49,578 bases of DNA from Enterobacter phage vB_EclS_AS5. Under the pieces are notes generated by a model. It saw only the letters and a list, made by a program, of their open reading frames with translations. It was not told the origin of the DNA and searched no databases. Positions 1-8,860 of the stretch are shown piece after piece. The stretch is taken from sequence record OR753409.1; one strand, 5' to 3'. How positions within the stretch are numbered: position 1 is the first letter of the stretch; each line of letters begins with the position of its first letter. A program made the position numbers and the translations under genes.

Positions 1-610
1 GCTGCACAAGGCACGCAGCCAGTTTGTTAAAGTCAAAAAAGATCGCCAAAACACACATCTTAAAAACAAATACGCAACGCTTGATAGCGTGCTTGATGCA
101 ATCACGCCAGCATTGACGGAAAATAAATTAATGATCATGCAGGACGGCGAGCGCATCGAAAACACAATGCGCGTCGAAACCACCGTGATACATATTTCCG
201 GTCAGTGGGCGAAATTTTATTTTGATATCCCAATAGCCAAAAACGATCCGCAAGGAGTAGGATCTGCATTCACATACGGGCGACGCTATGCACTGGCTGC
301 GGCGTTCGGACTAAGCCAGGCAGACGACGACGCGCAAATTGCTGTGAAGTCTGCGCAGGATTGGAAGCGAGATCTCGACAAGTGCGAGACTGTAGACGAC
401 TTGCAAGGCGTGTTGCGTGATGCGTGGAAGTCAAGCGACAAAGCGAACCAGGTGATCATTAAAGAGCACTACGAGAAGCGCAAAGCAGAGATTGAGATCG
501 GAAGCGCTCGCGGTTTTAGCGCCGCCGCTCCAAAGCAAAACCTTGCCACTAAGGTTGACGAGCCGCAAAAGCAAGCTGTAGAATCACAGCCAATCACCAG
601 TTTTGAATAA
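1..610 (+). CDS. erf: Erf-family single-strand annealing protein, C-terminal part. The frame is open from nt 2 and continues the ORF that starts at 49541 across the window ends.
   Basis: Frame 2 is open from nt 2 to the stop at 608-610. Motifs [11 protein letters not shown] and [18 protein letters not shown] resemble P22 Erf. Joining 49541..49578 to nt 1 gives the in-frame peptide MKLSENFDEILPSLHKARSQ... Confidence 0.75.
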   Translation, partial: LHKARSQFVKVKKDRQNTHLKNKYATLDSVLDAITPALTENKLMIMQDGERIENTMRVETTVIHISGQWAKFYFDIPIAKNDPQGVGSAFTYGRRYALAAAFGLSQADDDAQIAVKSAQDWKRDLDKCETVDDLQGVLRDAWKSSDKANQVIIKEHYEKRKAEIEIGSARGFSAAAPKQNLATKVDEPQKQAVESQPITSFE

Positions 611-615
611 TCACT

Positions 616-640
616 CGGGGCGCTAGCCGCCCCAATTTTA
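616..640 (+). terminator. Weak stem-loop after erf, possibly an attenuator.
   Basis: GGGGCG-ctagc-CGCCCC followed by aatttta. The T tract is interrupted. Confidence 0.3.
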
Positions 641-652
641 CAGGAGAAAGCA

Positions 653-1075
653 ATGCACATTATCACCGGAGAAATTCGAAAAGAGCCTAGAATCAAGCAG
701 ACTCAAAACGGCACGCTTTACGTTGTTGAGTTATCAGAGCGCTACAAAGACCGTGAAGGAAACGCGCAATACACGAACTACACGTTTTTCTTTAATGCTC
801 GCGCCGGATCTGAGGGCATGAAAAACTGGTATGATGAAGCGTTCCAGGTTGGAAAAGTGATCTCTGTTTCTTGCGAAACGCTAAAGGCTGAATTGCGAGA
901 GTATGAGGGCAAGACGTATGTCACCATGCAAGCGGCAGACTTCCCGAAACTGCTGTTTAGCCAGCGCGGAGGCTCAGCGCCACAACAGCAAAGCCAGCAG
1001 CGACAGCAAACGCATAGCCAGCCACGGCAGAGCCAAGAACCGCCAATTGACTTTGACGACGATATCCCGTTCTAA
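653..1075 (+). CDS. ssb: Single-stranded DNA-binding protein.
   Basis: OB-fold-like N-terminus, a Q/P-rich linker and the acidic tail DFDDDIPF typical of SSB. RBS caggagaaagcaATG. Confidence 0.85.
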   Translation: MHIITGEIRKEPRIKQTQNGTLYVVELSERYKDREGNAQYTNYTFFFNARAGSEGMKNWYDEAFQVGKVISVSCETLKAELREYEGKTYVTMQAADFPKLLFSQRGGSAPQQQSQQRQQTHSQPRQSQEPPIDFDDDIPF

Positions 1076-1080
1076 AATAA

Positions 1081-1105
1081 AGGAGCCTTTCGGCTCCTTT
1101 TTTTA
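1081..1105. terminator. Bidirectional rho-independent terminator between convergent ssb and the tail-fibre gene.
   Basis: AGGAGCC-tttc-GGCTCCT followed by TTTTTTT. An A/T tract is present on both sides. Confidence 0.8.
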
Positions 1106-2254
1106 TTATTCAAAGTCCTCTGGGAATTTGAAAGCAAGATATGCCTCAAGCTTTTTAACCCGATCCTCAAGGCTCTTTCTCTTAGCCTTTTCATCCTTAA
1201 ATGCGGCGTGCATGTAACCTAACAGCCCCATGTAGTCAACCTGCAATGATCCGTCAGCATCGTTTGATGAAACAAGTTGAGGCATCCAGTTTTGCAACTC
1301 TTGCGCGATAACTCCAGCCGTGTAGCGACTACCATCCTTGTATCGGTAAGAGTACGTGCCAACCTTATCAAGAAGATCACTAACAAACTCGCCGTCAAGC
1401 TCAGTAACATCAGCTTTCTTATCGAAATCACATGTTAGCGTTACGCCCTTACTAATAACCAATCCCAATGTGTTGATATTTCCATCACGCGTATTAATCA
1501 AAACTGCTGGCTTACCCTGCTTAATACCGTTCGTTGGTGATGTATAAGCAGTGCAAAACGCAACGCCATACCATGAGTAAAGGTTAATGTTTGATGCGTT
1601 ATCAAAGTTGTTGGTATCAGTGCCAGCATGAATTCCGCGCAAACCAGCGCCAATAGGTGCCGTTGCATCAGCAGATGCGGGAACCTGAATACTTCCTCCA
1701 GCAAGCTTAAACTCGCCATAAGTTATCGCAGGGCAACGGATGTTGAAATCAGTAGTTTCAATGTTAATTCGACCACCAGTAAATGAGTATGACCCCTTTG
1801 TGTCCATGTTGATGTAACCAGCATAAAAGCGCAAGTTTCCACCACCAACCTGATCTGAGTTGTACCCGTCACATACTATTCTTGCGTCGTAGTCATACTT
1901 AGCTCCATAATGAAAGTCAACGTAAGCAGCCGAGTCTTTGTTTGATTTACCTAATTCAAGAGATCTAAATTCTGGGGTTGAGCTAACACCAAGGCCGATG
2001 TTTTCACGAGCACCAGCCGCATCCTTTGCACCAGTACCGCCCTGGTCAATCTTCAATGCAACATATTGAAAGTCTTTTTCATTGTAGCATCCCCACACAC
2101 CGCTTTGATGAACCATGAGAGCATATTTATCATCACCAACTTGCGGAGATAGAATAAGAGTTCGATCAGCGCCTTGAATATGCTTATCAACCTGTAGATT
2201 ACCCCTTGCGGTTGCCTTATTTGCAACGTCTGACAGGTTATTAGCTTTCTTCAA
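1106..2254 (-). CDS. Tail fibre, C-terminal segment, with distal domain and C-terminal intramolecular-chaperone (peptidase S74-like) domain. The same frame is open upstream to about 2737, but no ATG lies in that stretch.
   Basis: The C-terminal YSYRYKDGSRYTAGVIAQELQ...VDYMGLLGYM...LEDRVKKLE resembles the auto-cleaving chaperone of endosialidase-type tail fibres. The upstream frame reads as Ala/Ser/Thr-rich linker repeats. Confidence 0.7.
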   Translation of the reverse strand: MKKANNLSDVANKATARGNLQVDKHIQGADRTLILSPQVGDDKYALMVHQSGVWGCYNEKDFQYVALKIDQGGTGAKDAAGARENIGLGVSSTPEFRSLELGKSNKDSAAYVDFHYGAKYDYDARIVCDGYNSDQVGGGNLRFYAGYINMDTKGSYSFTGGRINIETTDFNIRCPAITYGEFKLAGGSIQVPASADATAPIGAGLRGIHAGTDTNNFDNASNINLYSWYGVAFCTAYTSPTNGIKQGKPAVLINTRDGNINTLGLVISKGVTLTCDFDKKADVTELDGEFVSDLLDKVGTYSYRYKDGSRYTAGVIAQELQNWMPQLVSSNDADGSLQVDYMGLLGYMHAAFKDEKAKRKSLEDRVKKLEAYLAFKFPEDFE

Positions 2255-2649
2255 CTGGTTATCAGGGTTTGCAGTTTGTGCGCGGTCTGCTTCCGCTTTT
2301 GCGCGATCCGCTTGCTGCGTTGCCGTGGTAGCCGATGCCGCCGCAGCGCTCTTTGATGCGTTTGCGCTTGATGCAGCTGTCTGAGCCTCGTTCTTTGCTG
2401 TATTTGCCGCGCTTGCACTGCTTGCTGCGTTTGTCTCGCTTGATTTTGCGTTTGTCTCGCTTGTTTTCGCAGCGCTTGCTGATGATGCCGCCGCCGTCTT
2501 GCTTGCACTTGCGTTTGTCTCGCTTGTTTTCGCAGCGCTGGCGCTAGCAGACGCAGCATCCTTATGCTGGCTTGCGGTTGTCGCTGAGCTTGCCGCCGCG
2601 CTAGCAGAGTTAGCCGCCGCCGTCTTGCTCGATGCCGCGTTGTTCTCGC

Positions 2650-3258
2650 TTACCTTTGCTGCGCTTGCTGATGATGCCGCCGCGCTTGCTTGCTGGCTTG
2701 CAGTTGTTGCTGATGCAGCCGCCGCATTCTTGCTTGAGCGCTTGCTGATGATGCCGCCGCGCTTGCTTGCTGGCTTGCAGTTGTTGCTGATGCAGCCGCC
2801 GCATTCTTGCTTGAGTTTGCATTGCTTTCGCTTTGCGCAGCCGCCCTTGCGCTAGCGTCAGCAGCCGCAGCGTTAGCCTCCGTGTTGCGATCAATTTCTT
2901 CAAGTTTTTGCCAATCAAAGCCTTTCAGGAATTCAACAAACTCCTGATACATTGTTTCCTGCCCCTGGTAGTAACGCAGAGTTTCAGCAACGTCTTGCGC
3001 CAGGCCGTCAACGGTGATCGAATCATGAAGCAGAATCACATAGTCGCCGCGAGGCACTACAGCGCCGCCAGTAGACGTGGCACGCAGCGAGGTATCATTC
3101 ACGATCTCGCTAATTGTTGCGTATGCAACCGGATTGGATGCAAACACGATTGTTGCACCTGGACGAATCAGCGTTAATGCTGTTTTCCACTTTGTGCCGT
3201 AACCAGTGATATAGCCGTCAGCGTCCATTGACGCTTGACCAGTGCGATAAATAGCCAT
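2650..3258 (-). CDS. Tail fibre, N-terminal segment. It ends prematurely after reading through the duplicated 77-bp unit.
   Basis: ATG at 3258 (MAIYRTGQASMDADGYITGYG...) preceded by the RBS gggag. The product ends ...SSKNAAAASATTASQQASAAASSASA and then reads out-of-frame QR-rich sequence before the stop at 2650. Confidence 0.65.
   Translation of the reverse strand: MAIYRTGQASMDADGYITGYGTKWKTALTLIRPGATIVFASNPVAYATISEIVNDTSLRATSTGGAVVPRGDYVILLHDSITVDGLAQDVAETLRYYQGQETMYQEFVEFLKGFDWQKLEEIDRNTEANAAAADASARAAAQSESNANSSKNAAAASATTASQQASAAASSASAQARMRRLHQQQLQASKQARRHHQQAQQR
2662..2815. repeat. Perfect 77-bp tandem duplication (2662-2738 and 2739-2815) inside the tail-fibre Ala/Ser-rich linker.
   Basis: Two identical copies of cgcttgctgatgatgccgccgcgcttgcttgctggcttgcagttgttgctgatgcagccgccgcattcttgcttgag. 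Because 77 is not a multiple of 3, the pair causes a frameshift. Imperfect in-frame repeats lie nearby at 2400-2560. Confidence 0.9.
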
Positions 3259-3273
3259 ATGTAAAATCTCCCA

Positions 3274-3293
3274 AATAGCACGTTTTGTTAATG
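3274..3293 (+). promoter_or_regulatory. Degenerate copy of the conserved cassette core (aatagcacgttttgttaa).
   Basis: Matches the AATAGCAC-N5-TGYTAA core, but the usual 22-bp spacing to a -10 element is absent. Confidence 0.3.
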
Positions 3294-3302
3294 ACAAGTC
3301 GG

Positions 3303-3311
3303 ATTATAGCA
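3303..3311 (-). promoter_or_regulatory. Extended -10 promoter (TGcTATAAT on the minus strand) for the tail-fibre gene.
   Basis: The minus strand reads aaTGcTATAATcc about 45 nt upstream of the ATG at 3258. Confidence 0.4.
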
Positions 3312-3324
3312 TTGCGCAAGGCAT

Positions 3325-3347
3325 AAAAAAACCCCGCCTAAGCGGGG
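3325..3347 (-). terminator. Rho-independent terminator of the primase gene.
   Basis: On the minus strand CCCCGC-ttag-GCGGGG is followed by TTTTTTT. Confidence 0.7.
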
Positions 3348-3362
3348 CAAGAAAGCAATGGT

Positions 3363-4319
3363 TTACCGTGTCGGGAGTAAAGTTTCCGGCTTGTAAAGCT
3401 TTCGCTCTATCCCTTGCCGGAAATTATCGTTAATAGGAAGCATTACGTCAAGCCCCCTCTCCTCTGCGGCGATCATTACGTCCTGATCGGTTGATCTGCA
3501 CACTACGCGCATCTTTCTATCTCCTTTGTATCTGTGCGCAACAATCTCAACGTTATAACTTGAGAAGCAAGCCCACACCTCCTGGCCTGTAGATAGGTGA
3601 ATGTGTTGAGCATCAACCCAATCAACGCACAGATAGATCGTGTTGTCAGTTTTACCAGTCACCGCAACTGAGCCGCGTGTATATTCCTTTGCATAGAAAC
3701 TTTTCTCGCCTAGCTCGTCAATCATGAGGATGTTACACATTTCATCATCTAAACCATCGCCATGCACAAGGTAGCAAGGGATTGCATGAATAAGCGATTC
3801 TCCGCCATTCTCCAGCGCTTTTACGCCTACAGAGTACATTTCATCATCTGGAGGAGCGATACCCTCAAAAACGCTTAGAGGCGTTTTTAGCACGCCTTTG
3901 GTTCTCTCCATTACTGCAACACAGTTTTCATGAGGAGCCTGGGATCCGAAAGAGTAACCTGATGCGCGAGAGGCTCGCTTGTTCGCCTTAACTATATACT
4001 CCTGAGGAACCTTTCCGAGAAAGCGCCCTAAGATGTTGATGCACTCGCTATATGGCTCTCCAGTGAGCTTCATTAGCCAACCAATGCCGCTATCGTTTCC
4101 GCAGCCGTTACAGACTGCGCCGCCGTCGCCGTCAGTGCTAAGTTTGTCAGTCCAACGGAATCGGTCTTTACCACCGCAGTGGGGGCAAGGTTGGTGTTTC
4201 TTGTTGAAAACGTCATTGCTCAATCCGCAAATGCTTTGTAGCGCATCGCGCCACATCCCTTTCATGTACGGCAAAACGTCCTCTTTCTGAAACATCATGT
4301 TTGGGTGTACTTCTTGCAT
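3363..4319 (-). CDS. DNA primase with a zinc-ribbon and a TOPRIM-like domain.
   Basis: CPHCGGKDRFRW...CNGCG matches a Prim_Zn_ribbon. Acidic E / DxD motifs follow (MIDELGEK, HGDGLDDE). ATG at 4319 with RBS ggag; the ORF track used an upstream TTG. Confidence 0.7.
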   Translation of the reverse strand: MQEVHPNMMFQKEDVLPYMKGMWRDALQSICGLSNDVFNKKHQPCPHCGGKDRFRWTDKLSTDGDGGAVCNGCGNDSGIGWLMKLTGEPYSECINILGRFLGKVPQEYIVKANKRASRASGYSFGSQAPHENCVAVMERTKGVLKTPLSVFEGIAPPDDEMYSVGVKALENGGESLIHAIPCYLVHGDGLDDEMCNILMIDELGEKSFYAKEYTRGSVAVTGKTDNTIYLCVDWVDAQHIHLSTGQEVWACFSSYNVEIVAHRYKGDRKMRVVCRSTDQDVMIAAEERGLDVMLPINDNFRQGIERKLYKPETLLPTR

Positions 4320-4332
4320 GATTTTCTCCAAT

Positions 4333-4370
4333 AAAAAAATCGCGTAGCCGGATGATACCAGATACGCGAT
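4333..4370 (-). terminator. Rho-independent terminator of the HTH gene.
   Basis: On the minus strand the 8-bp stem ATCGCGTA...TACGCGAT is followed by TTTTTTT. Confidence 0.6.
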
Positions 4371-4377
4371 CTTTGGT

Positions 4378-4818
4378 TTAGCTATTCGTGCTGTTTATGA
4401 AGTCCGACTCTTTAACGACGCGTAGCATTTCATACCTGTCACATTTCGTCGTTAGCGCTTTGCCGTTTGAGTCAAATCTCAGATCTGGACGGCAGAATGA
4501 GGCACGATAACCCTTGCATCCATTCCGCTTATAGTCAGCGTGAACCTTTTCGGCTCCAGAAACGGAAATCATCCCGCGCTTGCGCCACTGCTGAATAACC
4601 TGGTGAGTAACCTTTAAGCGTCTTGTCATTTCCGCCTGAGATCCGTAATATTCGCAAACGGCATCAAGTCGAGCACGCAATCCGGCTTTGACTTCATCTT
4701 TTAGAACGTAGTAGCCTGTTTTGCGCTTGCGCTTTTTCTTGTCTTTACCGCGCTTTACACCGTTGTTGCCATTGATTGTGCGCTTGTCAATTTCGCCAGT
4801 TGATGCAGCAATTTTCAT
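4378..4818 (-). CDS. Cro/CI-like HTH DNA-binding protein with a basic K/R tract.
   Basis: QAEMTRRLKVTHQVIQQWRKRG fits a helix-turn-helix. ATG at 4818 with RBS ggagg. The basic stretch is KRGKDKKKRKRK. Confidence 0.6.
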   Translation of the reverse strand: MKIAASTGEIDKRTINGNNGVKRGKDKKKRKRKTGYYVLKDEVKAGLRARLDAVCEYYGSQAEMTRRLKVTHQVIQQWRKRGMISVSGAEKVHADYKRNGCKGYRASFCRPDLRFDSNGKALTTKCDRYEMLRVVKESDFINSTNS

Positions 4819-4830
4819 ATTAAAACCTCC

Positions 4831-4875
4831 GATAGCACTTTTTGCTAAAAACATTCAAAACGTAGGCGCTATTAT
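4831..4875 (+). promoter_or_regulatory. Regulatory cassette: core gATAGCACtttttTGCTAAAA, 22 bp, then TATTAT. It overlaps a divergent minus-strand TGtATAAT.
   Basis: Conserved core with 22-bp spacing to the -10. A minus-strand -10 (tgtataat) overlaps at about 4866-4877. Confidence 0.5.
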
Positions 4876-4907
4876 ACATTCAATCGGTTAACGAATAAAG
4901 GTTAAAA

Positions 4908-6908
4908 ATGGCAATTCCAAACATTGATAAACAGCTTTCCGCTTTGGGTGAGGCGGTAATTAAAGCGATTCAAGATCGCTTTACGTTTGGCGAAATCACC
5001 CCATACCCTTACCAGTGTGTTGCTTACACTGAGATCGCAAAACGCATGAAAAATTACGAACATCCTTTCTTTGTGAAAGCGTCCGTATCTGCTGGTAAAA
5101 CCATGATTTTTGCAATGGTAGCGGCTCAGTGCCAGAGAATGGGGCTTAAAATGATGGTTCTTGCTCGCCAGGGTGAGATCGTAGATCAGGATTCAGAGGA
5201 GATCAGTAATTTCGGCGTGCCTAACTCCGTTTACTGCGCGGCGCTGAAACTCAAGGGAGTACACTTCCCCATCGTTGTTGGTTCCGAGGGAACCGTTTCA
5301 AATGGACTCTTTAAGGCGCTTGGTGACTACGTGCCACACGTTATCGGGATTGACGAATGCCACCAAGTAGATTGGGAGGATTTAGCTGAGGCAATCGAAA
5401 ACGAGGAGCCGTGGGAGCAAATGACCACGAAAAAAGGCGAGATTGTCCTGAATGGTGACGGCTCCCGCGCTCTCAACAATGACGGCGAGCCAATGGAGGG
5501 AACCGGACGCACGCAATACACTCTTATAATTCGCGAAATGCAGCGCCGATGCAAAGAGACATACGGGCATGAGTTGCGCATTTTTGGAATGACTGGATCA
5601 GAGTTTCGCGGCGTTGTTCCAATCCTGGTAGAAGATAAGCGCCAGCGCGGTTTCTGGCGTGAACAGGTGACGAACATTGATACCAACTACCTTATCAAGT
5701 TCGGATCCGTTGTTCCTACAAATTTTGGCGGCGTGGATGGATTGGGTTATGACCTTTCAGAGTTCACGGCATCAAGTGAGGACGGCGTAGCAGACTTTGA
5801 CCAGAAAACTTTGCGCAAGATGGAGGAGAAGATCCATAAAGATGCAACCATGACGCAAAAAATCATGGCACGCGTGCATGAGATCTGCAAAGACAGAAAC
5901 GGCGTGCTGGTAACTTGCGCGGGTGAGCGTCACTGTAAAGAGGCCGCTGCCGCACTTCCGCCAGGAGCAACATACAGGATCATCACTGGAAAGACCGGAG
6001 AGAAACAACGTAAGGAATGGTTAAAGGAGGCATTCGAGGGGAAAGTAAAATACATTTTCCAGGTTCAAGCGCTAACAACTGGCGTAAACGTTCCATATTG
6101 GGACACGTCAGTTATCCTGCGCAAAATCGGATCGCTTACTCTGCTGATCCAGCTTTTGGGGCGCGGTATGAGACTTTTAAAGAAATGGCACATCGAGCAA
6201 GGATTCAAAAAAGACGATCACCTTGTTCTCGACTTTGCCGGATGTATGGACGAGTTGGGGCAACTTTACTTTGATCCTATTCTGGAACAAGCGCAGTATC
6301 AGCGCCGTGGCGACAACGGAAAAGATCCTAAATTCTGCCCTGACTGCGGCACGGAAAACTCATTCTATGCACGCCGTTGCATTCACGTTGACGAAAACGG
6401 AAATCGCTGTGAGTATTTCTGGAAGTATCGAGAGTGCGAGGATCAGGTAGACCCGAGAACGAAAAAGGTTGTCGTTAAAGGTTGCGGTACTAAAAACGAC
6501 ATATCCGCTAGAATTTGCCGTTGCTGTGACGTGTCGCTTATTGACCCTAACGAAAAGTTATCCGGCAAGCACTACACTAAAAACGATTGGTGTAATGTAA
6601 AATCATTCAGAGTTGACATGACCAAAAACCAGCGCGGGATCGTGTTCTGTTATGAGCTTGAGTCTCACGGCGAAACGTTCAAAGCTTATGAGCGATTCTT
6701 CCCTGAGTCTGACAACCAGATCTGCAAGACGCTATGGAGGCAAACGGCGCTCAAGCATATTGCAGATCGCAGGATTGCAGGTGTTACTGCGAGCTATCGA
6801 AACGCTCGCAAGATTATGCAAAACGCGCATCACATTATGGCTCCGAAACGCGTTACGCATCGCAAAAACGCGAAAGGAGAGGACATTATTTATCATCGGG
6901 AGTTTTGA
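4908..6908 (+). CDS. SF2 DEAH/DECH-box DNA helicase with a C-terminal zinc-finger region.
   Basis: Walker A SVSAGKT, motif II IGIDECHQ, and CPDCG...C..C Zn-binding cysteines near the C-terminus. Confidence 0.85.
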   Translation: MAIPNIDKQLSALGEAVIKAIQDRFTFGEITPYPYQCVAYTEIAKRMKNYEHPFFVKASVSAGKTMIFAMVAAQCQRMGLKMMVLARQGEIVDQDSEEISNFGVPNSVYCAALKLKGVHFPIVVGSEGTVSNGLFKALGDYVPHVIGIDECHQVDWEDLAEAIENEEPWEQMTTKKGEIVLNGDGSRALNNDGEPMEGTGRTQYTLIIREMQRRCKETYGHELRIFGMTGSEFRGVVPILVEDKRQRGFWREQVTNIDTNYLIKFGSVVPTNFGGVDGLGYDLSEFTASSEDGVADFDQKTLRKMEEKIHKDATMTQKIMARVHEICKDRNGVLVTCAGERHCKEAAAALPPGATYRIITGKTGEKQRKEWLKEAFEGKVKYIFQVQALTTGVNVPYWDTSVILRKIGSLTLLIQLLGRGMRLLKKWHIEQGFKKDDHLVLDFAGCMDELGQLYFDPILEQAQYQRRGDNGKDPKFCPDCGTENSFYARRCIHVDENGNRCEYFWKYRECEDQVDPRTKKVVVKGCGTKNDISARICRCCDVSLIDPNEKLSGKHYTKNDWCNVKSFRVDMTKNQRGIVFCYELESHGETFKAYERFFPESDNQICKTLWRQTALKHIADRRIAGVTASYRNARKIMQNAHHIMAPKRVTHRKNAKGEDIIYHREF

Positions 6909-6910
6909 AT

Positions 6911-7327
6911 ATGGTTACTGACAAAGGCGATTATCTGGAATATTACGAACGGGATCCGAGCGACACACGCAAGGAGGATTCACACCAGGTTGATTGTGTG
7001 GCGTGGTTGCGCCACCATTACCCACACTTGCTCTTTTGGCACACTGTTAATGAGGGGAGCAAGACGATCACCACCGCGCTGCGTGACGAACAGGCCGGAT
7101 TGCTAAAAGGAGTATCCGACTTTGTTATACTGATTGGTTCTGGTAAATACCCGTTCGCAGCCATAGAGCTAAAGCAAGTCAACAAATCAGGCAAGCGCAA
7201 GGCTTCACCAGTCAGCGATAACCAGAAAGCTTTCTTAAGTAAGGTTAGGCACCTGGGAGGTTTCGCAGCCGTTTGCTATGGCGTGAAGCAATTCAAGCTT
7301 GCAATTGCAGATCTCTTGCAGGAATAG
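6911..7327 (+). CDS. VRR-NUC domain PD-(D/E)XK nuclease.
   Basis: VSDFVIL...AAIELKQ fits a D...E.K catalytic core. ATG at 6911 is 2 nt after the helicase TGA. The stop TAG lies inside the cassette core. Confidence 0.7.
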   Translation: MVTDKGDYLEYYERDPSDTRKEDSHQVDCVAWLRHHYPHLLFWHTVNEGSKTITTALRDEQAGLLKGVSDFVILIGSGKYPFAAIELKQVNKSGKRKASPVSDNQKAFLSKVRHLGGFAAVCYGVKQFKLAIADLLQE

Positions 7328-7367
7328 CACTTTTTGCTAAAACAGTCGCAAAGGAATGCGCCATAAT
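7323..7367 (+). promoter_or_regulatory. Regulatory cassette: core AATAGCACtttttTGCTAAAA, 22 bp, then CATAAT.
   Basis: Conserved core and spacing. It is followed by the leader cacccaacgaaacaaacacggag. Confidence 0.55.
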
Positions 7368-7399
7368 GCACCCAACGAAACAAACACGGAGAATTAACC

Positions 7400-7678
7400 A
7401 TGAAAAAGATGTTATCAGTAGTTGCTTTATCGCTTGCCATTGTCGGTTGCATGGATAAACCAAAAGCATATATTTGCGGAAATGAAGTGTTTGAGGTTAC
7501 AAGCAAATACATGAAAGTTGTAAAAGGTAAAAACACGGGCGTTGTAATGGATAATATCAGCAAAAATAAATACAAGCTGTTTACGCCAATTGGAACAGCT
7601 TTTTACACTGTTAACGATAGCACCATTGATGTTAGAGTCGGAATCTTTCAGCACACTTTAACTTGCGAGGTGAAATAA
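7400..7678 (+). CDS. Small lipoprotein.
   Basis: Signal peptide MKKMLSVVALSLAIVGC with a lipobox. Confidence 0.65.
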   Translation: MKKMLSVVALSLAIVGCMDKPKAYICGNEVFEVTSKYMKVVKGKNTGVVMDNISKNKYKLFTPIGTAFYTVNDSTIDVRVGIFQHTLTCEVK

Positions 7679-7679
7679 A

Positions 7680-8426
7680 ATGGCTAAAGACATTTTGGAC
7701 AACTCAACAATCGACGGTATCGAGCAGGTTGATGAAATGGACTTTCACGAATTGCAGCACGGAAAGTATTCAGATATTTCACTGCGTTCAGGTGGTCATT
7801 ACCAGGCCGTGAAACCTTGCCAGTATTACAAGGTCACAGGAAACCGTTACGCCGGAAGCAACACTCCAGATGTTGTCCGTGACCTTTGGGCTACTCCACG
7901 CGATGTTGTTGCGTACATGGAAAACCGCTACGGCAAATATGATCTTGACGCTGCGGCAAGCGAGGACAATAAAGTATGTGAAAAATTCTACAGCAAGGAA
8001 ACCAACTGCTTAAAGCGCTGGTGGGGAAGCAAGAAGCACGTATGGCTTAATCCGCCATATTCAAATCCAGATCCGTTTGTGCTCAAGGCCATTGAGCAGA
8101 TGGAGCACTACAATCAGATCGATATATTGCTTCCAGCCGACAACTCAACGGCATGGTTTAGCGATGCGCAAAAGAACGCTGCGGAAATTATCTGGATCAC
8201 TGGCGAAACATGGAAAGATGAAGATGGGCGCGAGTATTCACGAACCGGACGATTAGCGTTTATTTCCGGCCTGACAGGTGAGCCAGTTAGCGGCAACAAC
8301 AAAGGCAGCGTGATTTTTGTCATGCGCAAATTGAAAGATGGTGAAACGCAACAAACTCACTACGTGAAAATCAGCGACATTTGCCCGTCAGTTAAAAACA
8401 AACGAGCCAAAGCAAGGAGTTTTTAA
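7680..8426 (+). CDS. dam: DNA N6-adenine methyltransferase of the phage T1 Dam family.
   Basis: Catalytic NPPY motif (WLNPPYSN). Start coupled as TAAAATG. Confidence 0.8.
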   Translation: MAKDILDNSTIDGIEQVDEMDFHELQHGKYSDISLRSGGHYQAVKPCQYYKVTGNRYAGSNTPDVVRDLWATPRDVVAYMENRYGKYDLDAAASEDNKVCEKFYSKETNCLKRWWGSKKHVWLNPPYSNPDPFVLKAIEQMEHYNQIDILLPADNSTAWFSDAQKNAAEIIWITGETWKDEDGREYSRTGRLAFISGLTGEPVSGNNKGSVIFVMRKLKDGETQQTHYVKISDICPSVKNKRAKARSF

Positions 8427-8537
8427 TGAAACATGATCTTGCATCACTTGGAATGCTTTGTGCATTCATGATCGGCGGCGGTTTTTGTTCTTACGCGCTC
8501 ATTGCGCTAATCATCAAAATAGGGGAGTTGATTTAAT
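8427..8537 (+). CDS. Small membrane peptide of 36 aa (hypothetical).
   Basis: MKHDLASLGMLCAFMIGGGFCSYALIALIIKIGELI, with one transmembrane segment. Its stop overlaps the next ATG. Confidence 0.3.
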
Positions 8538-8784
8538 GGGCGAGAGAAATTTGACACTAAACGAGACTGGTTTATTTCTGCTGTATCGCGCTATGGTGTG
8601 CCAGGCTATTGACCTAAATCCACACATTAAGGATGTAATAGAGGTTGACCCGTGGGAGTATTCCAGCGCTCTTGACATGAGCTTTGAGGAAACCGCAAAA
8701 CTACCTCTTGAGAAGTGGCATATCAAGATTGCTGATGATCTGGATGAAATGTGGCAAGACCTTAAAAAGCGAGTTGCTCACTAA
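8537..8784 (+). CDS. Hypothetical protein of 82 aa.
   Basis: ORF starting MGERNLTLNETG... The stop TAA lies just before the cassette core. Confidence 0.5.
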
Positions 8785-8828
8785 ATAGCACTTTTTGTTA
8801 AAAATGCCCGGCTAAAGTCGGGCATAAT
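8784..8828 (+). promoter_or_regulatory. Regulatory cassette: core AATAGCACtttttTGTTAAAA, hairpin GCCCG..CGGGC, then CATAAT.
   Basis: 22 bp from TTGTTA to CATAAT. Leader aaaaccactgaggaaaacgaaATG. Confidence 0.5.
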
Positions 8829-8860
8829 CATTTCCAACGAAAACCACTGAGGAAAACGAA

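Noticed and set aside
903-1217. ORF 903..1217(+) overlapping the ssb 3' end and the terminator.
   Set aside because: It is out of frame with ssb, spans the bidirectional terminator and has no RBS.
2400-2880. Tandem repeats considered as a CRISPR array or a DGR variable region.
   Set aside because: The repeats are contiguous coding repeats with no spacers. No reverse transcriptase, template repeat or cas genes are present.
2251-2918. Predicted ORFs 2251..2559(-), 2610..2918(-), 2335..2547(+) and 2499..2855(+), which give Q/R-rich or Leu/Ala-rich proteins.
   Set aside because: They are alternate-frame readings of the GC-rich Ala/Ser-codon tandem repeats in the tail-fibre linker, and none has an RBS. 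The Q/R-rich frame is what the fibre N-terminal frame slips into after the 77-bp duplication.
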